Both the position numbers and the translations under genes were made by a program. Shown here piece by piece: positions 40,867 through 50,100 of a stretch of 64,000 bases of DNA (the first letter of the stretch is position 1; each line of letters begins with the position of its first letter). The stretch lies in contig CAWEYG010000003.1 of the NCBI GenBank assembly GCA_963813155.1, positions 608,001-672,000 on the forward strand, in the 5' to 3' direction. The DNA is from an uncultured Acidobacteriota bacterium (GTDB taxonomy: Bacteria > Acidobacteriota > Thermoanaerobaculia > UBA5066 > DATFVB01). The notes beneath the pieces were generated by a model. That model searched no databases. It worked only from the letters and a program-made list of their open reading frames with translations, and had not been told where the DNA came from.

Positions 40867-43053
40867 TTACGGAACGGCGACCGAAGTCGAGGCCGAGTTG
40901 CCCGCTGCATCCAGCGCGCGGACCAACAGATACGCTCCGTGGCTCTCCGGATCGAGCCGGATTGTATACGACTCGGCCGGCGAATCCGTCATGCCGTCGT
41001 CCGCGTCGCCGCGGCTCCAGGTGCCGGCATTGACGCTCCAGAAAACGGCGGAGAGCGGCGAGGAGGCGTCGGTCACGCGAAGGCGGATCACGATCCGGCC
41101 CGACTCGCGGCCCGAGGAGATCACCTCGATTCGCGGCGGCGTGTTGTCGATGAGCACCGGGTCGGAGACCCGGGAGTCGGATTTCGGGTCGTCGGCGTTG
41201 GCGGCGGCGTCGCTCACGGTCACGCGGAACAGGTAGTGCCCGTCGGGCAGGAGGCTGGAATCGAAACCGAACGACGATCCCTTGACGTCCTTTCGCATCG
41301 AAATCCACTTCCCGGAGCCTTCCGGGCGGAAATCGATGTCGGCGGACAGCTCGTCGCCGTCGGGATCGGAAGCCTTCCAGCTGACGATGAGAAATCCGCG
41401 GTTCTCCCACCGCGAGGTCGAGAGGCCGCCCGGCGGGCGTTCGTCCGCGGACGTGAAGATCGTCTCGAGACCGGAATCGCGATCGGTCGACGCGGCCGGG
41501 ACCGAGCTCGCGTCGTGCGCCGCGATCGCTCCCGCGGAGACCGCCTCGACGGTCGGCCGCGCGTTCTGGTTGCGGTAGGCGCATTCGACGCGGCCGAGCG
41601 ACGGGGAAGGCCCGTGATCGGCCGCCTCCAGCGTCGCGCGCCACTGGAGAAAGCGTCCCGGCGGCGCCGGAATCCTGTCGAGACGCGGCGCGGAAACGGG
41701 AGCGCTCCAATCGCTCCAGGTCGCGTCGGGCAGGGTCGAGTTGCCGCTTCGGAAAGAGAAGGAGATCGAGGACTTCGGCGGAAGCTGCGACTCGGAGCGA
41801 AAGGCCCCGAACCGGGATGCCCGGCCCGTGTCCTTGATCGGCGAGAAATATTCGCCCCGGCTCGCCGGCAGGCGGCGATAGGCGGAGGGAGGCGAGTCCG
41901 TGATGACCGCATCCTTCAGGACGACCAGGATCCGCTTCTCGTCGAAGCTCTCGGCCAGAGAGAGCTGACCATCCTGGAGGGAGTAGAGGCGGCCCCGGGA
42001 TCCCGTACCCAGCAGGATTCCTCCGCTCGGCTCGTCCAACCTGCACGAATAGACGAGCTCCTCGTCCGACTGCCAGACGACGGCCACGGAATCGTCCGGG
42101 GAAATTTCGACGATCTCGGAATTCTCCGCGCCCCGCGGCGGCGGCGGGGGCGCCGGCGGAAGAACCGGCGACGACGACACCGTCACGGTCACGGTCGCGT
42201 TTCCCTCGTCGGGGGTTCCCGGTTCCGGTTTCTTGTCCTTCGCCGGCGGGGACGCTGGCGAAGGCGAACGGCCGGACGACGGCGACGGAGCGCCGTGACC
42301 CGTCACCGCGGCCGCGTAAACCTTCCCCGCTCGGTCCTCGAGGATGGAGGTGATCTCCGATCGCTGGGAGTCGTAGATCGTCCCGGCTCGCCCGTTCGAG
42401 TCGAAGCGAAGGAGCAGGCCCCGGGAAGCCGTTCCCGCCCACAGGCGGCCTTTCCGGTCGATCCGGAGCGTCCGGACGTGCTCGTCGACGGCGTCGAAGT
42501 AGGTCGAGCCCCGGCCCGCGGACGACACCTTCACGATCTTGCCGGGGATTCCCGTACCGACGAACAGGTTGCGGTCGCCGTCGAAGGCGAACGCCCAGAT
42601 GTATTCCGCCTTCGGATCGAAAAACTCCGCCGGCTTTCCGTTCGCGATCCGGTAGACCTTTCCCTTCGGCGAGGTCCCCGCGTAGACCGCCCCGTCGGGG
42701 CCGATCGCGAGCGCCGTGACCTCCTTCTCCGGAAGCGTCGCCAGCACGGCAGCCGGCTTTCCCGGCTCCGCGCGCAGGACCTGGCCTCCGTCGCCGGTCC
42801 CGATCTCGATCGCTCCCGAAGGCTCTTCGGCCGCGGAAAGGATCGTCGGAGTGCTGATGCCTTCGATCTTTCCGGAGCGCCGGGCGAGAATCAGATCGCC
42901 CGACGGCTCCGCGGAAACGCCGTGCGCGGTTCCGGCGGAGAACTCTCTCGTCGTGTCGGTCACCCAGATCTTCGCGCTCGAGGCGCTCGCGGCCGCCGCG
43001 ACGAAGACCGCCGCGCAGGGAAGGAAAATGCCAGGGCGCAAGAAGCGTTTCAA
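40867..43053 (-). CDS. Exported beta-propeller plus Ig/FN3-like domain protein of unknown function
   Basis: Signal peptide; repeats VTALAIGPDGAVYAGT, YIWAFAFDGDRNLFVGTG; W.ASDPDGDEL; IDNTPP. Confidence 0.85.
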   Translation of the reverse strand: MKRFLRPGIFLPCAAVFVAAAASASSAKIWVTDTTREFSAGTAHGVSAEPSGDLILARRSGKIEGISTPTILSAAEEPSGAIEIGTGDGGQVLRAEPGKPAAVLATLPEKEVTALAIGPDGAVYAGTSPKGKVYRIANGKPAEFFDPKAEYIWAFAFDGDRNLFVGTGIPGKIVKVSSAGRGSTYFDAVDEHVRTLRIDRKGRLWAGTASRGLLLRFDSNGRAGTIYDSQRSEITSILEDRAGKVYAAAVTGHGAPSPSSGRSPSPASPPAKDKKPEPGTPDEGNATVTVTVSSSPVLPPAPPPPPRGAENSEIVEISPDDSVAVVWQSDEELVYSCRLDEPSGGILLGTGSRGRLYSLQDGQLSLAESFDEKRILVVLKDAVITDSPPSAYRRLPASRGEYFSPIKDTGRASRFGAFRSESQLPPKSSISFSFRSGNSTLPDATWSDWSAPVSAPRLDRIPAPPGRFLQWRATLEAADHGPSPSLGRVECAYRNQNARPTVEAVSAGAIAAHDASSVPAASTDRDSGLETIFTSADERPPGGLSTSRWENRGFLIVSWKASDPDGDELSADIDFRPEGSGKWISMRKDVKGSSFGFDSSLLPDGHYLFRVTVSDAAANADDPKSDSRVSDPVLIDNTPPRIEVISSGRESGRIVIRLRVTDASSPLSAVFWSVNAGTWSRGDADDGMTDSPAESYTIRLDPESHGAYLLVRALDAAGNSASTSVAVP

Positions 43054-43075
43054 TCAGGCCTCGTTTCGGAACGCG

Positions 43076-44878
43076 TCAATCGATTTTCGCGACGACGTCC
43101 AGCGTGAGCCTCACCGATCCCGTGATCGGGATTCCCTGTTCCACGCTGGTGGCGTAGACGCGCTGCTGCGAAAGGCTCGGGCCGCCGTCGCGGGCGCTCT
43201 GCGCCGCGAAGAGCGAATACACCGACGGCGGCAGAGCCGGAAGCTCTTCTCCGGAAACGACCGCGCCCGCGCCCGGGCGATAGGCCAGGAGGTTCACCGT
43301 GTTGGCAGGCTTCAGGCGATCGAGGAAGTCGAGCACCTGCTCGAGCGACCGCGGATCCGCCGGAAAGAGCGAAAGGTCGAACGCCGTCGCCGAGAGCCCG
43401 TCCCCGACGAAGACCGTCAACGGGCCCGGCGGAGTGCCCGCGGGCACGGGAAGCGACAGGGAGATGCGCCGCGTGCTGCCGCGGAAGTCCTGCAGCGACA
43501 CGAGCAGGGGCACCGTCTCCCCGGGACGGACGCGGTCCTTCGCGGGCACGACGTCGGTGATCCGCGCGTTCTTCAGAACGTCCGAATGCTGAATCGCGAC
43601 GTCGATCCCGTCGATCGCGAGATCGTGGAATTCGTTGGCCATCAGGTAATTCGTGAGGAGCGCCATCGCCGAGACGGCCTGGTCCTTGGCTCCCATTCCG
43701 GAGAACACGGAATCGAACCGAACCGTGCGGCCGGGCGTTCGGATCGCGGATTTCCAGACGAGCGTGCGCTCACCCACCGATTTCTCGAGCGTCGACAGCG
43801 TCGTGTCGATCGCCGACGCCGCGAGAATCGGGGTCAACATCGAATTCCGCACGACCTGGAAGTCGAAGCGCTGCACGGGCAGGTTCTCGGATTCGATCGA
43901 AACGTGGACGGGCACCATCTTCGCCTGCGTTCCGAAAGATCCCAGGATTCCGGTCGAGCGATCCTGCGTGATCGACCCGAGCACGTTCCCGGTCGAAGCG
44001 AATTTGAAGGACCGGTACAGCGACGGCAGGACGCCGATCACGTCGGAATCCGCCATGGGCATCTCGACGGGACCCATCGACAGGAACGGATGCCCGAACG
44101 CGAGAACGTTTTCCCCTTCGACCCAGGTGACCGTCCCCGTCGCGGCCATCGTCATGTCGCCCGAGATCAGGATGGTCGCGACGGAGGACCCGGGTTTGAG
44201 GGAGTCGCCCGGCGTGGCGGACGGCAGGGATCGGCCTCCCGACGGCGCGTCCAGAAAGGCGCCGCGCGAGAAGAACAGGTCCCGCAGGAAGTCGTCCGAC
44301 GACCCGGTGTGGGAGAGCGGAAGAGGAAGCGGCGCCCACCCTTCGCGGCGGGACGGAAAGACGCGCTCGACCAGCGAACGGAACGCGGGGAGATAGTCCG
44401 CGCTCTGGAACGATTCCATGAACGCCGCCGCCGCGCGGCTCCCGGCGGGCGCCGGCGCGCCGATCGGCACGGGCGCCGACGCGGGCACGTGCCGGATGTC
44501 GAGCATCGATTCGATCGGCGTGATTCCCGCGATCGGCTCCTCGGAAAAAGGCCAGCCATAGGCGACCGCGCCGATGAGGTGCTCGTTGATGTACACGGGG
44601 CTGCCGCTCATCCCGGCGATCACCCCGCTCTTCTCGAGGTTGTTGCCCGAGAGCCGCGCGAGAATGAGGTCCTGCTTCGGCGCGTAGTCCCGCATGACTC
44701 CCAGGATCTCGACGCCGAAACGGGTCACGCCCTTCCCGTTGCCGAAATCGCAGAGACCGTAGCCCGTCTGGCCGGCGTGAATGCCGGAGACCTCCAGGAT
44801 GGGCGGCGACGCCGAGACGACGCCGTCGCCGCGGAAAGAGAGAGCCAGGCTCGCGAAGGCGAAACGAATTTTCCTCAT
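43076..44878 (-). CDS. SpoIVB peptidase S55 domain protein
   Basis: F.VEILGV, DLILARL, GVIAGMSGSPVYI..LIGAVAYG, GTVT..LAFGHPF. Confidence 0.9.
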   Translation of the reverse strand: MRKIRFAFASLALSFRGDGVVSASPPILEVSGIHAGQTGYGLCDFGNGKGVTRFGVEILGVMRDYAPKQDLILARLSGNNLEKSGVIAGMSGSPVYINEHLIGAVAYGWPFSEEPIAGITPIESMLDIRHVPASAPVPIGAPAPAGSRAAAAFMESFQSADYLPAFRSLVERVFPSRREGWAPLPLPLSHTGSSDDFLRDLFFSRGAFLDAPSGGRSLPSATPGDSLKPGSSVATILISGDMTMAATGTVTWVEGENVLAFGHPFLSMGPVEMPMADSDVIGVLPSLYRSFKFASTGNVLGSITQDRSTGILGSFGTQAKMVPVHVSIESENLPVQRFDFQVVRNSMLTPILAASAIDTTLSTLEKSVGERTLVWKSAIRTPGRTVRFDSVFSGMGAKDQAVSAMALLTNYLMANEFHDLAIDGIDVAIQHSDVLKNARITDVVPAKDRVRPGETVPLLVSLQDFRGSTRRISLSLPVPAGTPPGPLTVFVGDGLSATAFDLSLFPADPRSLEQVLDFLDRLKPANTVNLLAYRPGAGAVVSGEELPALPPSVYSLFAAQSARDGGPSLSQQRVYATSVEQGIPITGSVRLTLDVVAKID

Positions 44879-44923
44879 CTTCCCTGCACAACCCGCCCGA
44901 GCGCCCGTTTCATCCATCTATTG

Positions 44924-44953
44924 TTGACGATGCAAAGTTTCGTGTGCTACGGT
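44924..44953 (+). promoter_or_regulatory. Putative sigma70-type promoter of the tol operon
   Basis: TTGACG-18 nt-TACGGT with extended TG (TGCTACGGT) in an AT-richer intergenic region. Confidence 0.55.
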
Positions 44954-44988
44954 GACCGGGCCATTTCTGGCAAGCGAGAGGAGCATGC

Positions 44989-45729
44989 GTGGCGTTGGAG
45001 GCACAAACCGTCAGCTCGACTGCGTTGGACAACGGATCGTCCTCGCTCGTCACGTTCTTTCGCCAGACCGGGCCTGCGGCGAAGGTCGTCCTCGGCATAT
45101 TGCTCTTTTTTTCGCTCGTTTCGTGGCTGATCATCATCGCCAAATTCATCCGGCTGAATCGCGTTCGGGGACAGTCTAACCGGTTTCTCGACTTTTTTCG
45201 AAAATCGAAGCGGTTTTCCGAAGTCAACACCATGGCGAGCCAGCTCTCGGACACCCCGCTGACGACCCTTTTCAAGTCCGGCTACGCGGAGCTCGACGCC
45301 CAGATCAAGGCGGCCCGCGCCGAGGACCCTTCCACCTCGGTCACCGCGAGCGCCCGGCTCCTGATCAAGAACATCAGCGGCATCGAGCGCGCCCTCGAGC
45401 GCGCGGCGGGCGCCGAGATCTCCCGCCTCACGAAGTCGCTCACGTTTCTGGCGACGACGGCCGCCGCGTGCCCCTTCATCGGGCTCTTCGGCACCGTCTG
45501 GGGCATCATGTCCTCCTTCAACGCGATCGGCGCCTCCGGCTCGACCTCGATCGTCGCGGTCGCTCCCGGCATCTCCGAGGCGCTCATCAACACGGCGGCC
45601 GGCCTCGCGGCGGCGATTCCGGCGCTCATCGCGTACAACTACTTCATGGGCCAGATCCGCCAGATGCGCGCGACCATGGACGATTTCGCCCTCGAGTTCC
45701 TGAACCTGACCGAGAGGAACTTCACCTAG
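44989..45729 (+). CDS. tolQ: TolQ (MotA/TolQ/ExbB family)
   Basis: PFIGLFGTVWGIM, VAPGISEALINTAAGL; first gene of the tol-pal cluster. Confidence 0.93.
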   Translation: MALEAQTVSSTALDNGSSSLVTFFRQTGPAAKVVLGILLFFSLVSWLIIIAKFIRLNRVRGQSNRFLDFFRKSKRFSEVNTMASQLSDTPLTTLFKSGYAELDAQIKAARAEDPSTSVTASARLLIKNISGIERALERAAGAEISRLTKSLTFLATTAAACPFIGLFGTVWGIMSSFNAIGASGSTSIVAVAPGISEALINTAAGLAAAIPALIAYNYFMGQIRQMRATMDDFALEFLNLTERNFT

Positions 45730-46155
45730 ATGTCGATGACCTCCGGCCCGAAGGGCGATCCGTTCGACCACCTCGCGGACATCAACGTCACGCCGCTCGT
45801 GGACGTGATGCTCGTGCTGTTGATCATTTTCATGGTCACGGCCCCGATGCTCCACCAGGGGGTCTCCGTCGCCCTGCCGAAAGCGAACTCTTCGAGCCTC
45901 CCGAAGAGCGCGGAAGACCCGATCATCCTCTCGATTACGACGACCGGCATGTACTACATCAACGAAACCCCGATCGCCCACGGGGCCCTCAAAGACCGGC
46001 TCCAGGCGTTTCTTCGCACTCGCCAGGACCGGACCGTCTACCTCAAGGCCGATCGCTCCCTCTCTTATGGCACGGTCGTTGAAACGATGGACCTGCTGAA
46101 CCGGATGGGGATCGAGAACCTCGGAATGCTGACGGAGTCTCGCGAGAAGAAATGA
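45730..46155 (+). CDS. tolR: TolR (ExbD/TolR family)
   Basis: DINVTPLVDVMLVLLIIFMVTAPM, VYLKAD..YG. Confidence 0.93.
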   Translation: MSMTSGPKGDPFDHLADINVTPLVDVMLVLLIIFMVTAPMLHQGVSVALPKANSSSLPKSAEDPIILSITTTGMYYINETPIAHGALKDRLQAFLRTRQDRTVYLKADRSLSYGTVVETMDLLNRMGIENLGMLTESREKK

Positions 46156-46907
46156 CCGACGTGGAAATCCTCGGCGACCCGCTTCTCGAACACGGGAAGG
46201 ACAGTCTGGAGTGGAAGCTGGGGACCCTCGGAACGATCCTGCTCCACGTGGGGCTCGCCCTCGCGTACGTCATCGGGTCCCGCATCACGCCTCCGCGGCG
46301 CTTCCTCACGCCCCAGTCCGTTTCGGTCCGGCTCGTCTCCCTCTCCTCGTTGCCGGGCGCGCGGACGCAGCCGGCCGAGCCGGCCGAAGCTTCCCGGCCC
46401 GTGATCGAGAAAGCCGAGGAAGAGCCCGTTCCGAGCCCGAAGGCGCTGCCGTTGCCCGACAAGAAGCCGGAGAAGAAGACTCCCGCATCGGTGCACCCGG
46501 CCCAGGTTTCGCCGAAGGCGGCCCGGAAGGTCAGCGGCGCGCCCGTGGAGCTTCCTTCCGGCAGCGAAGCGGGCGGGGGCGCTGGTCCCGCGGGGCCGGC
46601 CTCGAACCTCGGAACGAGCCTGTCGGCGTTCGACTCGGCCGACTTCAATTACTCTTACTACATTGCGCAGATGCTCGCGTCGATCGGAGCGAACTGGTTC
46701 AAGCCGACCGACCAGGCGGTGAACCCGGTGCTCTTCTTCCGGATCGCGAGGGACGGGTCGATTTCGGATGTCCGCGTCGAGAAATCGAGCGGGCTGCCGT
46801 TCGTGGACCGCGCGGCGCAGAGGGCCGTCCTCGCGTCGTCCCCGCTTCCCCCGCTGCCGGTGGATTTCCACGAAAGCTCGCTCGGCGTCCACTTGAAATT
46901 CGAATGA
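46152..46907 (+). CDS. TolA/TonB-like energy transducer
   Basis: Single TM with His, Pro/Lys-rich linker, TonB-C domain (FRIARDGSI, SSG..DRAAQRAV..PLPPLP); lies between tolR and tolB. Confidence 0.85.
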   Translation: MTDVEILGDPLLEHGKDSLEWKLGTLGTILLHVGLALAYVIGSRITPPRRFLTPQSVSVRLVSLSSLPGARTQPAEPAEASRPVIEKAEEEPVPSPKALPLPDKKPEKKTPASVHPAQVSPKAARKVSGAPVELPSGSEAGGGAGPAGPASNLGTSLSAFDSADFNYSYYIAQMLASIGANWFKPTDQAVNPVLFFRIARDGSISDVRVEKSSGLPFVDRAAQRAVLASSPLPPLPVDFHESSLGVHLKFE

Positions 46908-48247
46908 ACAGGAGGTCTCGCTTGCGGAAACGCGCCGCCCTACTCGCTCTCGCGGCCGGCATCCTCGCCGCGCCGATCCGGGCCCAGCAGGCCCAGGCTC
47001 CCCCGCGGGAGAGTCAGGAACTTTGGCTCGAGCTCAACAAGCCGAGCGGAAAGAAGCTTCCCATCGCGCTCCCGCCCGCAATCGCCCCCGCGGGGCCGGT
47101 CATCGAGACGCAGATCCGGCTCCCGTTCTCCGACACGCTGCGCAGCGACCTCGACTACTGCGGCCTGTTCTCGATCGTCGATCCGTCGCTCTACCCGAAG
47201 GGATATCGCGACGCGACGCAGCCGGAGTCGGCGGACCGCTGGACGGCGGCGGGCGCCGAAGTCCTCGTCGACACCCTGCTCGAAATCTCCGGCGACCGGG
47301 TCTCGGCGGAGGCGCGCGTGTACGACCTCAAATCGCACAAGCTCGTCTTCGGAAAACGCTACAGCGGCGGCAGCACGTTCGTCCCCCGCATCGCCCACGC
47401 GGTCGCCGACGACATCGTGAAGTACTTCACCGGGAAGGCCGGCCTCTTCATGACTTCGATCGCGTTCGGCTCGGACCGGGATGGCGGGAGGGGGCTGCGG
47501 GAGATCTACCTGATGGATTTCGACGGACGAAATCCCCGGCGGCTGACCCAGGGCCGGACGCTCAGCATGAACCCGACCTGGTCCGCGGACGGCCAGCGCA
47601 TCGCGTTCACGAGCTACGCGAAGATGTTTCCGCGCCTCTTTTCCATGGACAAGAGCGGCGGCACCCGCCGCGAGGTCCCGACCGGCGTCGAGCTCAACGC
47701 ATCGCCCTCCTACTCCCCCGACGGCCGCCGGCTCGTCTTTGCCGGCTCGGTGAAGGGGAACCCCGCGATTTTCGTCGTCAATTCGGACGGCACGGGACTC
47801 AAGCGGCTGACAAACTCGCACTCCGTCGATTCCACGCCGCGGTGGTCGCCGGTCGGCAACCAGATCCTCTACACCTCGAGCCTCTCGGGCAACCCGCAGC
47901 TCTATCTGATGGATCCGGAAGGCGCGAATTCGCGCCGGGTGACCCTCGCCGGAGACTGGAACGACGAGGGCGCGTGGTCGCCGGACGGGTCGAAGATCGC
48001 GTACGCCTGCCGAAATGGGGGCGATTTCCAGATCTGCGTGACGAATCTGGCGACCGGCCAGACTCTCCAGCTCACCGGGGAAGGGTCCAACGGCCATCCC
48101 AGCTGGTCGCCCGACGGGAACAAGATCGCCTACGATTGCCGCCGGGGCGGGTCGACCCAGGTCTACACGATGGACATCAACGGCCAGCATCGAGTCGCGA
48201 TCACCGACAAGGGAAACAACAGCCAGCCGGCCTGGTCGCCCAACTGA
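46904..48247 (+). CDS. tolB: Tol-Pal beta-propeller protein TolB
   Basis: Signal peptide, IAHAVADDI, PD40 repeats (PTWSADG, PSYSPDG, PRWSP, PSWSPDG, PAWSP). Confidence 0.93.
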   Translation: MNRRSRLRKRAALLALAAGILAAPIRAQQAQAPPRESQELWLELNKPSGKKLPIALPPAIAPAGPVIETQIRLPFSDTLRSDLDYCGLFSIVDPSLYPKGYRDATQPESADRWTAAGAEVLVDTLLEISGDRVSAEARVYDLKSHKLVFGKRYSGGSTFVPRIAHAVADDIVKYFTGKAGLFMTSIAFGSDRDGGRGLREIYLMDFDGRNPRRLTQGRTLSMNPTWSADGQRIAFTSYAKMFPRLFSMDKSGGTRREVPTGVELNASPSYSPDGRRLVFAGSVKGNPAIFVVNSDGTGLKRLTNSHSVDSTPRWSPVGNQILYTSSLSGNPQLYLMDPEGANSRRVTLAGDWNDEGAWSPDGSKIAYACRNGGDFQICVTNLATGQTLQLTGEGSNGHPSWSPDGNKIAYDCRRGGSTQVYTMDINGQHRVAITDKGNNSQPAWSPN

Positions 48248-48276
48248 TTGAAAGCGTGCATGAATTTTGCTACGGT
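48248..48276 (+). promoter_or_regulatory. Putative internal promoter for pal-cpoB
   Basis: TTGAAA-17 nt-TACGGT with extended TG (TGCTACGGT). Confidence 0.55.
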
Positions 48277-48360
48277 TCCCTTCAGGAAGAGCGTGAAACG
48301 GGAAGACTCGAAATTCGTCGAACCACTCAGCCGGCGAACGCAACAACAAGGAGGTACGAA

Positions 48361-48921
48361 ATGACGACCCGGGTATCGATTCGAAATCTCGCGCTGCTGG
48401 CCGCATGCCTCGTACTGGCAGCCAGCTGCAAGAAGAAACCCCCGACGACGACTCCGGAGGCCGCGCCTCCCCCTCCGGCCGCGCCGGAACAGCCGTCCAC
48501 GGCCCCGGCACCGCCCGCGCCGGCGGCCCCGGCGAGCGGCGGCGACGACGTGTCGAGCGCCGACCTCCAGACCCTCAACTCGCGCGGTTATCTGAAGGAT
48601 TCCTTCTTCGACTTCGACAAGTACGACCTTCGCGAAGATGCCCGCACCGCGCTCGCGGCGGACGCCCAGTGGCTGAAGCGCTATTCGTCGATCCAGGTCC
48701 TCGTGGAAGGGCATTGCGACTCGCGCGGCACGGAGGAGTACAACCTCTCCCTCGGGCAGAAGCGCGCCGCCTCCGTCAAGGACTACCTCGTGTCGCTCGG
48801 CCTCGATGGCGGCCGGATCAACACGGTTTCGTACGGAAAGACCCGTCCCTTCTGCACCGACGAGAGCGAGTCTTGCTGGCAGCAGAACCGCCGCGGTCAT
48901 TTCGTCATCACGGCGAAGTGA
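48361..48921 (+). CDS. pal: Peptidoglycan-associated lipoprotein Pal
   Basis: AGGAGG SD, lipobox LAAS-C, FFDFDK, EGHCDSRGTEEYNLSLGQKRA, SYGK, NRR. Confidence 0.96.
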   Translation: MTTRVSIRNLALLAACLVLAASCKKKPPTTTPEAAPPPPAAPEQPSTAPAPPAPAAPASGGDDVSSADLQTLNSRGYLKDSFFDFDKYDLREDARTALAADAQWLKRYSSIQVLVEGHCDSRGTEEYNLSLGQKRAASVKDYLVSLGLDGGRINTVSYGKTRPFCTDESESCWQQNRRGHFVITAK

Positions 48922-49760
48922 GGGGCTCGAGGTTCTCTCTCCCGCTGGGAGCGGGAGCGCTTTCGCTCTTGCTCCTCGCGGCGGGAGGCTGCGTTTCCTC
49001 CGACGACATCGACGGGTTGCACCGCCAGATGAACGATATCGAGCGCCAGATCCAGGCGGTCGAAAACAAGTCTTCCTCGAAGGAAGAAGTCCAGAAGCTC
49101 AACGCGAGCGTCTCCCAGCAGACGAACCAGCTGCTGAAGTCCAACGCGGACACGGGCGTCAAGCTCGATGAGCTGTCGCGTCAGATCGAATCACTCCAGT
49201 CGAAGCTCGAAGACACGAACCGGCGCCTCGCGGAGCTCTCCCAGCAGATCGCCGCGACGCAGGGCGACCTGGGCCGGATGAGTCCCGGCCTGACGCCGAC
49301 CTCCCCGTCGGTCGGCGCGCCGCGTCCGAATCCTCAGGCAGGCTCGGCGCCGCCCGCGGCGGGCCGGGCGGGAGCGAGCCCCCAGCAGCTCTACGACACG
49401 GCGTACGGAGACTTCACGAAAGGGCGATACGAGCTGTCGATCGCCGGCTTTCAGGAATACATCGAGCGGTACCCCTCGACCGACTTGACGGACAACGCCC
49501 AGTACTGGATCGGCGAATCGGACTACTCCGAGAGGAAGTTCGACCAGGCGATCCGCGACTTCGACACGCTCCTGAAGAGGTGGCCCCAGAGCGACAAGGC
49601 CGCGGCGGCGCTTTTGAAAAAGGGCCTCGCGCTCCTCGAGCTCAACCGCCGGGCGGAGTCCGTCGTCGCGCTGCAGTACGTCGTCCACGAATACCCCTCC
49701 TCCGACGAGTCGCGCCTCGCGCGGCAGAAGTTGTCGGCCCTCGGGGTGGAAACCCGTTAG
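48918..49760 (+). CDS. cpoB: Tol-Pal protein CpoB/YbgF (lipoprotein; coiled coil plus TPR)
   Basis: Lipobox AGG-C, coiled coil, LYDTAY, NAQYWIGE, ALLKKG; follows pal. Confidence 0.92.
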   Translation: MRGSRFSLPLGAGALSLLLLAAGGCVSSDDIDGLHRQMNDIERQIQAVENKSSSKEEVQKLNASVSQQTNQLLKSNADTGVKLDELSRQIESLQSKLEDTNRRLAELSQQIAATQGDLGRMSPGLTPTSPSVGAPRPNPQAGSAPPAAGRAGASPQQLYDTAYGDFTKGRYELSIAGFQEYIERYPSTDLTDNAQYWIGESDYSERKFDQAIRDFDTLLKRWPQSDKAAAALLKKGLALLELNRRAESVVALQYVVHEYPSSDESRLARQKLSALGVETR

Positions 49761-49797
49761 AATTCCACGAATCGACAGGAAGGAAAATTAGGAGAGC

Positions 49798-50046
49798 ATG
49801 GCAAACATCAAGAGCGCCGAAAAGCGGATCCGGACGACCGCGAAGAAAACCGAAAGAAACAAGAGCGTGAAATCGAAGCTCCGCCGCGTCGTCAAGACGC
49901 AGCGGGCCGGGGACTCCGCGGAAAGCCTTCCGAAGACGATCTCGCAGATCGACCGGGCGCTGGCCAAGGGCGTCATCCATCGGAACACGGCGGCCCGCTA
50001 CAAGGCTCGGCTCTCGAAGGCGAGCAAGAAAGCCGCCGCAAAGTAA
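49798..50046 (+). CDS. rpsT: 30S ribosomal protein S20
   Basis: MANIKSAEKRIR, ID..KGVIHRNTAARYKARL. Confidence 0.97.
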   Translation: MANIKSAEKRIRTTAKKTERNKSVKSKLRRVVKTQRAGDSAESLPKTISQIDRALAKGVIHRNTAARYKARLSKASKKAAAK

Positions 50047-50071
50047 ATCGCCTGACCGGGAATCTCGAGGC

Positions 50072-50100
50072 GCGCCCGCGAACGCGGGCGCTCTTTTTTT
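50072..50100 (+). terminator. Rho-independent terminator after rpsT
   Basis: GCGCCCGC-GAAC-GCGGGCGC followed by TCTTTTTTT. Confidence 0.88.

Noticed and set aside
38208-40910. Apparent SBP-permease fusion (900 aa)
   Set aside because: The SBP C-terminal half is in ORF 39179..40054; one extra base near 40105 explains the join.
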